Shown: positions 12,759 through 27,312 of the stretch, in pieces
How the letters are laid out: each line of letters opens with the position of its first letter
How positions within the stretch are numbered: the stretch's first letter is position 1
From: Kondoa subrosea
Taxonomy: Eukaryota
Length of the DNA: 64,000 nucleotides
Assembly (NCBI GenBank): GCA_039545335.1
Contig: BCIN01000003.1
Coordinates: 1,437,941 to 1,501,940 of the forward strand
Direction of reading: 5' to 3'
Program-made: the position numbers and the translations under genes
The notes under the pieces: generated by a model
Database searches by the model: none
What the model was told of the DNA's origin: nothing
Seen by the model: only the letters and a program-made list of their open reading frames with translations

Positions 12759-13606
12759 TCACTGCTTAACAACCTCTTCTGTAGCTTTCGGTTCGATGTG
12801 GATCTCTGTGACCTGTCAACAGATGAGGCTGAATCAGCAGAAGCGAAACCGCAGTACATCAGACTGACCTGCACAGCGTGATGATCATCTTCTGAATCGT
12901 TCCCATCATCACCGTAGCGAGATTGAGGCAAGCGTTTGGTAGGATTATGAGGATCGCAAAGTGAATAAGCGTCTCTCATGTGATGAGGGAACTGTCAATT
13001 GAGACACACCCTTCAGCTGATATACAGCTAAAGAGTAACTGGACTGACTAGAGCAGACTGCGAGAAATTCCAGCCGCAATCATGCTTGAGCACAATGACA
13101 GGTCGGCGAGAATTCAAGCTCGCTCTTCTTTCTTCCCTTCTCTTAGCAGCTCGTTCTTGATGCGTTCGCGCTGGCATCTTTCCTTTGGCTTTCGCGCTCT
13201 TTCTCTGCCCAGCTTCCACGTCGTCTGAAACGATCTCCATCTCAAATTGTCCTTCACGCCCTGATTCTTGCTCTCCCTCTTCTTCTGATTCATCAAAATC
13301 GTCTTCTTCTGAAGAGTAGCCCATTCCAGGTGTTCGTTCATAAAAAGCGAACTGATACAAGTTTGTAAGAATTACGTGATGAAACTCAAAATAAGTAAAA
13401 GGCAACCATACTTGAGTATCTCCCGATGCTCGTCTTGATGACTTCATCCTGTTCAATGTGCCCTGACTACTCAAAGCAGGCAAAGATTGACTTGTTGCTC
13501 GATACAAGATGGGTGATAGCGATAAGCCATTGGCTGAGATTCCGCCTGATAAGATTGGCGATTGCGCTACTGTTGAGCTCTTGGAGACAGGAATATTGAC
13601 CGCCAT
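12759..13606 (-). CDS. Hypothetical protein (S-rich N-terminus, acidic tract, conserved-looking C-terminal block)
   Basis: Long ORFs joined by GT-AG introns: MAVNIP...SSEEDDFDESEEE...VIVLKHDCGWNFSQS...FPHHMRDAYSLCDP...VTEIHIEPKATEEVVKQ*. Confidence 0.6.
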
Positions 13607-14028
13607 TGGTATATCCTAGATGATGCGAAAGTGATGGTTGTGGAAGAACAGGAGCGAGCGAACGAAAATGGAAACGAGCCTTTGGACCGCAGCGACCATG
13701 GGTGCTAGTCTTGGTATAACCGTCATGTCAGTGTATGTCTGCTGATTGCAACGGCCTCTGTCTGCAAGCCTATCAGACAAAAGCGTTTCTTGTCTTTACT
13801 GATTCGAGTCACATCGAATGACATCTGCTAGACCCGACTGCACCTACCACGTTATTATTTTAGGTTGACGAGCACGCAACCCTGCTGTCAGTCCCATATC
13901 CCATTATGCAAGCCTTTGTCTGTGATTAGTCAGCAATATTAAGCGCATCATTCCGAGATGTGGAAGTAGACCAGAGCTGGTGAATGGCTACACACAGACG
14001 ACAGATGCAAGCTCGAGGCCTCAGGTAA

Positions 14029-15169
<1,141 letters not shown>

Positions 15170-15538
15170 CAGCTCGAATATGGGTTTCATCTCGTGAGGT
15201 CTAGAGAATCTGGACAGAAGACCTGAGATGGATATTCGGTGCCGGAGCAAGCTCGTGTAATGTATAGCCTCGCTACGGAAACCTCCAGTATGCTGCAGTG
15301 TGCTGGACGGTTTCCGTACCCTACTGAGAAATAGCCGAATCATAGAATATTTGACTTGCTTCCTATCATCAACAGTCTCTGGGGAGCTATAACTCCAGCA
15401 CCAATGGGACAATAGGATCTAATCATGACAGGCCCAAGGCGGCACAAAGAAAGTGGTTCAAGAGGATGTAAGGCTGATCCAATAACCCTCACACCAATAT
15501 TGATCTGGGTATTCAAGGCTTCTTCTTGAGCAACAATC

Positions 15539-16638
15539 ATGTCTGCAGAATATCCATCTGGACCAGATAATGGTAAGACTCAAGTACAACAGGAGAAGAG
15601 CTGGAATTCATTCGGTGTACACAGGACAACATGTCATGGGCAAGGATGAACCTCAGCCTGAAGGCACTAAAGGCTTCAGCTTGTATCATCTGGCATTGAG
15701 AATCAAGGTGTGGTCTATTCCTAAGTACCCGGGTTCCAGCTCAGGCCGTAAACGTAGGACCCAGTCAAGTCGCTAGCTTTCTACCGCGATATCCTAGGTA
15801 CTTCCTTACAGTACTGCGTATATTACAAGCTAAGGTGTCAGTATAGGCATGCAAGTCATTTTCTCAATGAATGCTGGAAGTTTCTCTATCTACTACTTGC
15901 GATCTGGGGACGAAGAACCTGTTGCGGAAACAATGAAGAACATGTTCCACCGAAGGGGCATGATAGAGCTTCTACATGTGCGCTTTCACTTCCATTCTCA
16001 AACGATTGAGCAATCTAACGATGGAGCACAGCAACATGGAACGGAAAAGGATGATGATTTCCAATATATCGCTGAAGCCAATCACCCACGACATGGATTC
16101 TCGCATCTTGGCTTCTGCATGAGCAATCTACCAGAGGTAAGCCCTTGTCAGATCTTGCGGAATTCAGCTCATGTTTTGTACAGGTCACGAAAAGACTTGA
16201 AGCAGCGGGTTTGTTGTACTTACAATGCTATGCGTCAGCGTCTGACGGAATACATAGGCGTCGAGATTACCAAACCGCAAGGAGTAGCTACCGCTCAGGC
16301 AATTGGATTCCCTGATGACATTGCGAAACCAAGGCAAGAATGGATTGAACTGTTCAAGAACATGATTATGATCAAAGGTATGAGTTCCGCTCCACTTTCA
16401 GTACAATGACTGATTCGCCATTAATTAGATCGTTAGTCTCTTTTTGAAGTATCAATGACCTCGAGCTGATCGAGCGCTCTTTTCTCCTGCAGCCGAGTAA
16501 GCTTCTTTCTCTATGTTCACCTGCTCTGTGCTGATGTATCTGTAGTGGTTACTGGATCGAGATTGGTCAGTCAAAAAAGGCTTTGCTTCAGCTTGAGTCT
16601 AAGCGTTTTTCTCAGTGCCCACTGAACTTCACGGATAA
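15539..16638 (+). CDS. Glyoxalase I (lactoylglutathione lyase)-like VOC-family protein
   Basis: Spliced product: FSLYHLALRIKDPVKSLAFYRDILGM...FSIYYL...IELLHQHGTEKD...GFSHLGF...IKDPDGYWIEIV. The last motif needs 3-nt and 4-nt microexons. Confidence 0.85.
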
Positions 16639-16946
16639 GCTGAATAGGATGACGGCTGTACCTAATCTTGTAGTCTTCTCTATCTGCTTTATGAATTTGC
16701 ACTACGCACAGACACTAGGCTAGACTCTGCACTTCAGTTTAGTAGTTTACTGGTTCTCCAGCACCACCACTGTCGCTCACTGGATTTGTTATATCTGATT
16801 TGTATCTCTTCAGCAGCACTCTAGACCTCGAGATAAGAGAGCTTTGCCTCTTCTTGGACCTTTCCATTTTCATTGTTTTGATATTGCAAAGTGCGTGATT
16901 CATGCCAATGCGAGCGCGATAAGGCTCCAACGAGTGCCTGCAGATC

Positions 16947-19112
16947 ATGCCCTTCGCTTTTCCTTCTCCGCCTAAGCACAGAATGCCAGTTCCGCCAGCT
17001 TTGGCTGACTCTTCTGCCCATACCAATATCTGGGCTAACACTTTGAACACTCTGGACGACCGCAAGCTATCGTTGCCATCATCCGTCAACAGTGGTGACT
17101 CTGATTTGAGTACTGAGGACGAATTCGATTCACTGGAACGCAGTATTACCGACTTCAAGCAAGCTGATTCCGACCAGGACTTCTCTGTCGATTTCGGCAG
17201 CCAAGAAGGTCTCGCCAATTACCGTTTTGGTTCATTTGTCGCTAACAAGGGTCCAGCTTTGCCGCTTCCAGCTGTTGCCCAAACCTCTAAAGTCGATGAT
17301 CAGATTTTGCCCCTCTATTTGCGTCGTGGCAGAGACAGTGGTAATTTCTTGCAAGTTTCTGAAAGTACTCGCGCATCGGTTTCTTCAGATGGTAGTCGAT
17401 CAGATCACAGTCGCGATATCTACCCACCTCAAAGCGAAGATGAAAATGGACCACCTACAGCCCGACCAGAGGGTAATCCCCTATCATTCAGTGCTGCTCG
17501 TAGAGCTTCAATGCAGGCTCTTCGTTCCAGTCGAGAAGCCGAAGCTCAACATGACCCTTGGAGATTTCGAAGAAGTTCAATCAGCGGTACTCCAATCAAT
17601 GGTCGACGCCCCTCAGTCTTGCCCTTCAACTTTGAAGACTTGTCAATTCACGAGCAGGATTTGCGCGAGAAAGAACATGAGCTTTTGTCTGATACCGCTT
17701 CATACCATCGCACGCCATTTACCGATTTGACCAATATCGACTTGATGAGTTCGCTCAGAACTCAGCCTATCTATGAGCCTCGTTTGGCCACTTGGCAGAT
17801 TCCTGCTTTGATCGGCGTAAGCATCTGTTTTATCCACTAACGCTTTTATTCAATTAGATGTTGAATAGCCCGAAGAATTGCCATATGCCCATAACCCAAG
17901 GTAGGCTAAGTTCTGTGATACGCTCTTCCCAAATCTGATCTTGGTTTCCAGTGGTGTAAACGCTTATCTATTCGTTGGCACCAACCTTGTTCACGATAGT
18001 TTGTTTTGGCCTCGCAATCAGCAGGAGCTGGCCTCTTCTATGCGATCATCAGTCTATAATCTGACTCAGCGTACTCCATTCAACTACGACACTTTTCAAC
18101 GACCACAACATAGCCGAATGCACAGTCGCATGTCATCTGGCGAATCATCTAATTCAGAATCCTTTCCCTATCGTACTCGTCGCGGCTATCGTTCGGAGAC
18201 AAAGTCACAAGCTTTGTCTCAGCAGAACTGGCGCAGACCGAGCCTTGATCGTCCATCTTTGCATCCAAACAACCATACAGCTAGTCCATATCCTGGTGCT
18301 TTACCTCACCAGATTTCTCGATTGCCAGCTCCTGCCCGAGCTCTTCCACAATACGCTCAACCTGTTCGACAAGCTCCTACTCTGGCAGCTACTCCGGATG
18401 AGCTCAACTTGTTGTCGATGCTTGAGCAGTTGGGTGATTTTGAACGCAAAGGTCGTTATTTAGCTCAAGAAGTCGGCAAAATGGTTTCTAAAACCAATTT
18501 ACCAAATATGCAAGTCTTGCACCCACCTCCTGGCCTACCTCAACCTATGCAATTGCCAATGTTGAATGAACCCGATAGAAGCGCTTTGACTCCAGCTCCA
18601 GCTATACCATTCTTCAGTCTTCCTGGCGGTAGTCGACCTGTAGCTGTGTTGGCACCTGTTACAGAGGAAGAGGAGTTGCGTACTTCAGCTTGTTTGAATT
18701 TTGCTATTGAGTTTCTGGGTTGTCACTGATCTTGTTATTGTTGACAGCTTCTACTGCTGGTAGTATCGTTGGTAACATGGCTCGATCTACTTCGTCCACA
18801 CCCTCACGTCTACCTGTTCGACCACCCATGAAGGAAACTGTTTCTTCTGGATGTACTGTTACTCTCAAAGATCTGGCATCTTCGGTTGCAACTGTCGCAC
18901 AGCCTGAACCTGCCACAGTTCCTGCTCGTCGACCTCAGCCTACTCGACGCGGTAAACCCAAACCTAAAGTGTTTGTCGATCATGAGAATGCACCCAAACC
19001 TGCTTCTTCGGCCTCTGCACGCAAACAGCCACCACGAGCACTTCAGAACAAAGCAGTCAACACGCCGATTGGATCTACGCGACAGACTGGTAAAGGCAAG
19101 GGCAGGATCTAA
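16947..19112 (+). CDS. Hypothetical S/P/R-rich, largely disordered protein
   Basis: ORFs of 297, 262 and 130 aa join through GT-AG introns (17817-~17868, 17901-17951, ~18680-18747). The central block is IPALIGPEELPYAHNPSGVNAYLFVG. Confidence 0.7.
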
Positions 19113-19610
19113 GTATCGTAGCAGGGATGCAAGCAGATGTCTGGGGTCATGACAAAGTATTACGAATGAAAGTATCATCATTACATACACCTGACCCGCT
19201 CTCGCGATCACTTTGAGATAGATTGCATTATCTTTGCCTGACATTGCCTGTTCCCCTAGCTAAAATGGTCTGAGTGTTTTTGGACTTCGACCATCATCTG
19301 AAGCATTCTTCTGGAGGACTAGACTTCAAGATAGCCTTGGCCTAGCTATGCTTCTTAGCACTCAGCGACGATAGATACCCGGTTGTTGGTGTAGAAGGCC
19401 TTTGTCTTGCATTTGTTTGGCAAGAAAGATTAGATTGCCTCGTTATAGTTCAATTCAAGCACAATACAGTACAAGGCGCAAGAAGAGTCACTCTCAAGCT
19501 GGTTCTTCTACAACGAGCGATCAGGAATCTCAGTCCATTGAAAACTGGAAAGCCGCGCATTGACATTGTGTGCACTGATTCGATCGTCGAGCAAAGCCTA
19601 GCAGCAAGCG

Positions 19611-22600
19611 ATGTCAGCTGCGAATCAGAATGTTAGACCTATATCTCAATCTATAGAAGAAGAATCTGGTCAGATTTTGTGTGGAAATGCCCGTCGAAGC
19701 TCATTCATTTCCTGTTTGTTAGATGCACCTTATGTTCGAGCTCTGTTTGCTTATGATGGATCGGATGACGGTGCTCTTGCATTCGAAAGAGGGGATATCA
19801 TCGAGGTATACTCGAAACTTGAATCTGGCTGGTGAGCCCATATTTCATATTGACGGCAGCAGTATGTGCTGATTTTCCGTCTACTCAGGTGGCATGGTCA
19901 GATTAGATTTCCTCCTGGCGAAATCGGCTGGTTTCCTCGCAACTAGTGAGCTGAAAACGACAGTCATATCAAGCTAAAACTGAATGGTGTATGGCTTAGC
20001 GTTGTTGAAATAACGGATGAAGAAGCTCATTTCGCGTTGGAGCAAGCTGAAGCTCTCATGATCGCCGAAACTAGAACTGTACCTATGCAAAGTCAGAAAG
20101 AACTCGAGCAAGAACTTTGGGCTTCTTTAGGTCAGGACGACAACGATCTGACTTCCTTCTCCACTGGGGGAGATATCTTTGCTGAGATCGCTGCCGCGTC
20201 TTCTATGGCCAATATAAGTGAAGATGGCGAAAATGAACAAGATCAAAGGGAATTTGCAGAGAATCATGAACAATTGCGCTCTCGAGGCAATTCTGTCTCG
20301 CAACATACGGACGTCTCGAACGAATCACTGAATGTATCAAAAGGTCCATCGCAAGATTATTGGATGCCTCAAGTTTCTGACAATGGACAAATCACGTACT
20401 TCAATTCAAGGACTGGCGAAACCTCTCGTGACATGCCTCTCAACGTTGACTCGAGACCATCGTCAATGGTAGGCAAACCATTTGTCGATGCTTTGCCGAA
20501 AAATACAAATCAGCGACACTCACAACAGACAACTCAATCCTCCGAATCCCTTACAGCTGCCTTTTACGGTAACCTTCATCGTGACCATTCGATACGACGG
20601 CCTAGTACTCAACAAACTGCTTCACCTCGAGTACCAGAAGAATGGGTTCAACTTTCGACCGAAGATGGTCAATCCGTTTATTATCAGAATCGCCTCACTG
20701 GCGTCAGTCAGTGGGATCCACCTTCTACTACGACAGCTTCTCCTCAAACTACATCCGAACAACGACACAGGTCTCTGTCTGGAAGTATAGCTGGTCCATC
20801 TTATACCAATCCTACCTCGAAACGGCCATCGACAGCACCCGAGTCTGTCGCAAAGACCAACGTCAATTCACGTCTCTCCTTTACCTCTGAGGAATCCGCA
20901 TTTGATGCTGGCCTTACTCGAAAACGGTCAATTCGGCCCAAATTCGCTCGATCAGCTTCGGGCAGTATGAAAACTGAGACTCGCCCATCATTCGATACTG
21001 AGACAGATTCCAATCCGATTCATCTTCCAGCAGCTTTGGAATCATTGGTCGAACCGCCACCTCTACCTACTTTGGCGATGTTGCAAGCCAAAGCTCAATA
21101 TACAATAACGGAACTGATTGAATGTTCGCATCCGAAAAGAAGTGCTTTACAGAACTCAAACTTGATGGGAGATGATCCATCGCTCGAACAAGAGAGGGAT
21201 GAAATGGCTCGGTTGACGACTCTCGTCATGGCTGACATTCGCCAACTTATGCATTCTGTCGGCGTTTTGAGCTATTCACCTTCATCAACTACAACAAGTA
21301 GTCGCGCCCTGCCCTCTGAAGATAGCAATAGAGCAGTCCAACTTCGGCCATTCACTAAGAAAGTCACCAGTCCATTAAGCAAGTTGGTCTTATCCGTCAG
21401 AGCTGTTTGGGGCTTGATGGGCACAAGTCATGAAGAAGAGCAAAGAACGCAAGATCTTATATTGGAGGCGGATACGCAAGAAGATGTGATTGAACTGCAA
21501 GCGCATCGAGCTCAACTAGTCAACATGCGGATTGAAGGGGAAAGAAAACTTAGACTTGATATTGTTGTCGGTGCGAGAGAAGTCTCTGACGCTCTTACTA
21601 ACTTTGTCGAGCAAGCTTCGGAACTCTTGATGGATACCCAAAGTCCTCTTGGAGATTTCGCTCGAGTTGCAGTGCAGAAACGGCCCGAAGGCATTTTGCG
21701 ATCAAATGTGGCAGCTCTCTTAGCACCTGGAGGTGGTTATGGCGCAAATTGGAGAGGCAACGGCCTGTCAGTCTTACCTTCACATCAACCCAACATTCTC
21801 CCTGGAAGCATTCCTGTACCGAACATCAAGTACACTTACCCTCGACGAAAGCTGGATGCTGAGACTGTCACAGTACTCTCCAGTGCCGCTGATATTCTGG
21901 CAGAAGAAACAGCGAATCTTCGCAACATTGTTCAACAACAGCAGCAACAAGAGATCTCCCAAAAACGTGCATCTGGTGTCTCAATGCAGTCACAAATGTC
22001 CGAACGCTCGACTAGTGCACAATCACTCAAATCATCCACTCACGTCAATTCCAACGGGGCCAGCAATTTTGCTAAACTTACGAAATTGACACTGCAAGGC
22101 AATAGTCTGCTACAAGCTCTATCTAGTATGCTATCGACAACAGAAGACATTGATGTGGCATCAGTGGTTGACGTGAATGTGGACTCGTCCTCCTATGCCT
22201 CTCTTCTAGCATATCAAAATAGCATCACCAGCTGCGATTCACCTGACAATACGTCAAGCACAATACGGGATGGACCTCAAAACTACCAAGATTCTCTTCA
22301 ACAGGCACGAAAGCAACTAGCAAATACAGCACAAGCAAAACAGGCTCTATATGATGCAATGTCCGGCCTCGTGATTTGCATACAGTCGCTTTCCATGAAC
22401 AAGATTTTGCAAGACTCTTCCCTAGACACACATCATTCCTCCTCGCGCTCTCAACCGCCTACCACAGCTCCTCTCAGTGATTTCTCTGTCTTTCCACTCG
22501 CTCGCGAACCGCTGGATGATTTATTGTCTTCACTCGCACAAATCGATCTTGCCAGAACAGCCTTGGAAGAGTCCATACGTGCTTTATATTCGGTCGCATT

Positions 22601-24838
22601 AGATCAATCACAGGCTCCGCAAGAATTGCGCAGCGCTAGCCAAGATCAACGAGTTCGGACACATGCTCATCGTCTTTCGCAAGCATCCATAACTTCAAGT
22701 ATTCGCTCTGCCACGTCAAGCAACGGAAGATATCCGTATCAGAATGTGTCTCAGACGCAGCGGTCACTCAGTGTAATACCCCTCGCTTCAGATCTGGCTG
22801 GAAATAGTCCCAGATCCGGCACTGGCCCAGGAGAAGTTTTTATACCAGAGAGACGAGGCCATACAAACCGACTTTCTATGGCTGATTCGATAGCATCATC
22901 GCATCGGTCAAATGTTTCCGGGCAAAGCCAAAACTCGCTTCTACGGAATCAAAGCAGATTATCAGCTGGACCTCGCTTGAGTTTGACGGATCTGGCATAT
23001 GCACAAACTTCACCCACACGCTCTCCTTCAACGAACAAGCTACGCAAGTTCTTCGGTGACGATGCACCTGTGACACCATTTCAACCACCTCAAGCAAGTG
23101 CCAGCAGTCCCAGCCCACGTGGAGAAGCAAAACTCAAGAAATTCTTCGGAGATGATGCACCTCCCGCAATGTTGACACCTCATGTACCTAGAGACGAAAC
23201 TCCGTGGTTCCTGCAATCCGATTTCGTGGACGAGATGGCAATCGGAGCAGATGGTGTCGTGCGCGGCGGTACCTTGCGAGCTTTAGTAGCTCGACTGACT
23301 CCACATGATGCTGGTAAGATCTCTTGCATAGTTCATCGAGGTCGCTGAATCATTACTGAACTTAGTCGATCAAGCCTTCACTTTGACTTTCCTCTTAACT
23401 TATCGAACTTTCACCTCCTCCCGGGACTTCTTCCGTCTGCTAGTTCAACGCTACATAGCGCCTCCGCCTTCGGGCCTGAATGAAATTCAGCAGCAGATTT
23501 GGGTTGATAAAAAGCAGAAGCTCATTCGAATACGGTCGGTCAGGTCGTACTGTTGCTCAGTTTTGTCTAAGAGCTGTTACAGAATCGTCTCCGTGCTGAA
23601 GACCTGGATCGAGAATCATCTTTGGGATGACGATGTTTCTCAGCTATTGCGAGAAGTTCACGATTTCGCTATGACTGGTCTCGGCGATTCTGTTGCTGCT
23701 AAACAAATAAGTCGAGTGGTGCAGAAAGTAGGTCCGCTCGAGTCATCTGCTAGCAGAATTGACCTTCTTTTGCAGCGGAGAGCAAGTAATCAGCCAGAAC
23801 TACGAGCTCCAGCGAGTGCGGGCGGAAATGCTCCCACACCTATTGTGCCTCGTAACACCAAGAAGATGAAATTCCTCGACATTGATCCGCTTGAAATTGC
23901 GCGACAGCTGACCCTGAAGAACTATCAATTGTTTGCAGCGGTTTCTCCTGGCGAATGTTTCTCGAAAACATGGGCGAAACAGCTCGATACTAACACACCA
24001 AGGCTGACCGCTGTCAGTAAACTCAGTGACTCGGTGAGATCCAACTAGATCCACGTGGGGTTTTGGTCTGAATTCCTTTTGCAGACCAGCGCATGGGTCA
24101 AAGAGACTGTTCTTGCTCAAGAAGATGCCAAAAAGCGAGCAAGCACTATCAAGCACTTCATCAATATTGCTGAGGCAAGTTAGAGCAGGAGCAGGGGAAC
24201 AAATGAGCTGATCCTGCTGGATAGAAATGCTTGAAACTACAAAACTTTGCAACACTCTGGATGATCATTGCGGGCCTCAATGCACCTCCCGTCAGTCGAC
24301 TCAAGCGCACTTGGGAACAAGTAAATCAACGCACGATGGCCAGCTGGCAATACTTGAATGATCTGATGGCGCCAGACAAGAATTTCTCCAAATATCGGGC
24401 AGCTCTTCGAACAATAGGTCCGCCATGTGTACCATTTATGGGTAAGCAGTCTCGAATCTTGAGGATAGCACAGCTCATCCAGTCTACAGGTGTCTTCCTC
24501 TCTTCCTGGACCTTTGTCGGAGAAGGCAATCTCGACTTCCTGAGAGAGCATCCTACTTACATCAATTTCAATAAGCGACAAAAAGCCGCCGAGATCATGC
24601 AGCAGATCCAGCTGTATCAAAGCACCAGTTACAAATTGGAAGATTGTCGACCTATATCAGAATTTCTCGACAACGCTTTGAATAACGAGATGGAAGAGGC
24701 TGTAGGTTTTCATCGTTCTAGTCGTCTCATGTACTCATTTAGTACCAGGCGCTGTGGACACTTTCCTTAGCTATCGAGCCTCGAGAACGGCAAGACGAAG
24801 CTATAGCAAGACTTCTGTCAGAATCAGGGTTTTTATGA
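19611..24838 (+). CDS. CDC25: Ras guanine-nucleotide exchange factor, Cdc25/Sql2-type (SH3, two WW, RasGEF_N, RasGEF)
   Basis: SH3 YVRALFAY..LAFERGDIIEV...SGWW.G..GWFPRN. WW-like YWMPQ..ITYFNSRTGET and EWVQ..YYQNRLTGVSQWDPP. GGTLRALVARLT, FLLTYRTF, DPLEIARQLT, PCVPFMG, INFNKRQK, SLAIEPRE. Confidence 0.92.
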
Positions 24839-24988
24839 TCTGTATGCAATTACGATGTGCGCGCGAATTGAGCTGACTGATTGATTGTACAGATTTGTCT
24901 CATTTTGGGTTCGAAGGGTATTTTGCGTGTACATTTGTATCAGGGCAGAGAGCAGTCGCACTTTCTTTGTATGTAAAACCTGCATTGT

Positions 24989-26908
24989 CTACGTCGTTAC
25001 AGAAGGGGGAAAACTATTGAAGTACTTTTCCCGGAAATCGAAATGCGCTGGAAGACTCGATTTCGAGACCTTGCTCTCTTGTGTTTCTGCCGCTTGCAAC
25101 TTCTGCATCGTTATTAGGCGCCGTTGCCATTTATTGAATGTTTCTGGACTGTTTGCTATCAGCCGTAAATCGGGATGTGTCGGTACGTCTGTATCTTGAT
25201 ACTCGTCCGTTATTGTTGGCAACATGTACACCTTCAATGGAGAGTCGGCGAACGGCGAACAGCAAAAACATGCGAAAGAAGTGCTTACAAGTCGACCTCC
25301 TGGCTTCAATAGTCGCGCAGCATACTCGAGCAGTTCTGTCAGCACTAAGCTCATCTCCATAGCTGTTCTGAGACGTGAGAAAGCATATTAAAGTAGACGA
25401 GCACGACAACGCACGCTTCGAAGGCGGAACATAATCGGGTTTGCTGAAAGTTACAGTCAGATCAGACTATTGAGACTATCTGTGCAACGCACAGGTGCGC
25501 ATATTCGCCATCGGCCATCAAGACCGGTTCTGTTTTCTGCATTGCTGGATCTTTCCTACCTTGTCTTTTCGCTCCTGCACGAACGCCGTACCTAGCATGG
25601 AGTATAAGGCGGTACTAATTTCACAGAGAGTTCAGAGTACGCACGGCGGATCTGTAGAATCCGATCAATCATCGATGATAAGCTGGCTGAGAGAAACTTA
25701 CCTGTGACTATTGCGTCAAAGAGACCTTCACCGCGCCAAGGTGATTGCTGATTGGTGATGGATCAATATTGAATGAAGAAGTAGCTAAGACTGGCCTTAC
25801 AGTATAATCGAAAGTCATGAGATCCAATATTCGATGCCCGAGACCATATTGTTTCGCTGCTGTCCTAATATTCGCATCTAGTACTGAATTCTCAGTTACT
25901 GAATCCTGCGTCCGAAGCTTTCGCCTACCTTGACGACCTCGCATATGTCGGCCATCGATATCAGAACCCGCTATTAAAGCACCAAAATAGGCTGCAGTAT
26001 AAAGCATGGATCCAGTTCCAGCAAAAGGATCGTACATCAAAGAACCTGGTCGAGCCTTTTTAGTGTTTTAGTCTATCTTTCTGGTACGAATCTCGGAACA
26101 AAAATGGGAAACTTACAAGAGCCTGATTTGCCATAAGTAACGATACTTGTGAGTCCATTGTAGTGTTACCGAAATAAGCACGTTTCTTGATATTGAAAAC
26201 GTCTATAAGTTCGCGTTGACCATAACACAGATGAGTGCCAATCCAAACCCCTCTCAAAGTTGGGTCTTCATCCCCTTTGAGTCTTTTAGATTTGTCTATA
26301 GGTACAGGATGATGATCTTCCCATATTGTGATCTCAATTTGTGGATTTGTCATATTAATCTCGCCCTTGAGCTCGAGCCAACCGAAAGAATTGATGATTT
26401 CAACTTGTTCTGATATGGATATAGACTTGTTTTGAGATTGGAAAGTCATTCTAAAAGAAGTATCCGCTTGAAGCGGTTTCCAAAAGTGAGGTAAAGCCTT
26501 GAGTTGCTCATGCAATAATTTATAGGAAGATGCTGCAGCTCACGACGTGAGAAGTAGATCGCAGTATGAGAGATAGACTGACCGTGTGTCCAGTAGCGAG
26601 AGATACTTTTCAAGAGAATACACCTCGAAGCCAACTGTCGAGCTTCTTTCTCACTTGGCAAGGAGACGAGCATATAGGCTTTCTGCACAGAAATTAGATT
26701 ACGATGCAAGAGTGTGAGAGATACGTACAGTGAGATCTGGCTTCTCGTCATACTGTATGCGAAAACCGAAGAGCGTCGAGATGCTGTCCAGTTCTTCCAG
26801 CCTGAATTGCGGATAAGCTGACGAAAATATCAAGATTAGTCTGAACAGTGCAAATTCAAGCTCACTAGGTGTGAAGGACAGTATAAACTGCTGCATTGGA
26901 CCATCCAT
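24989..26908 (-). CDS. TRM11: tRNA (guanine-10-N2)-methyltransferase catalytic subunit
   Basis: FRLEELDSI, KKRAYFGNTTMDSQVSLLMANQA, YDPFAGTGS, GSDIDGR, FDAIVTDPPYGVRAG, LLKPGGRLV, FREKYF. Confidence 0.93.
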
Positions 26909-27312
26909 TCTTGTTTTCGAAATTTGTCAAAGCCTTGTTGTCTCCGACCGCGATGCTCCGATCCTCAGTCTACAGACCTGCTATAGTCTTGCTATTTTGT
27001 GTCTTCTCCCTATCTTCTGTCGTGGTCGCAATTCAATGATGACCATGGTAGGACAGCTTTCGCAGATTTCGAGATCGAGCGCGAGCGTTCAATCCCCTTG
27101 ATCTGTCGCCGTATACCATTAAAGCTCCCTTACATGCTGCTTATCAGCTGATTCGTGCCAGACTTCTTGGGATTGCTGTCTGTCGCAATTTAAGGCATGC
27201 GGCTTCTTACGTAATACATTTGATACAATCTTTTGTCGTGGAAATTTCGATGCAGTGCTGTTCTTTTGTTTCTTTTACGTCCTCTCTTCCTGAACGAGCA
27301 TCGTATTGATAT

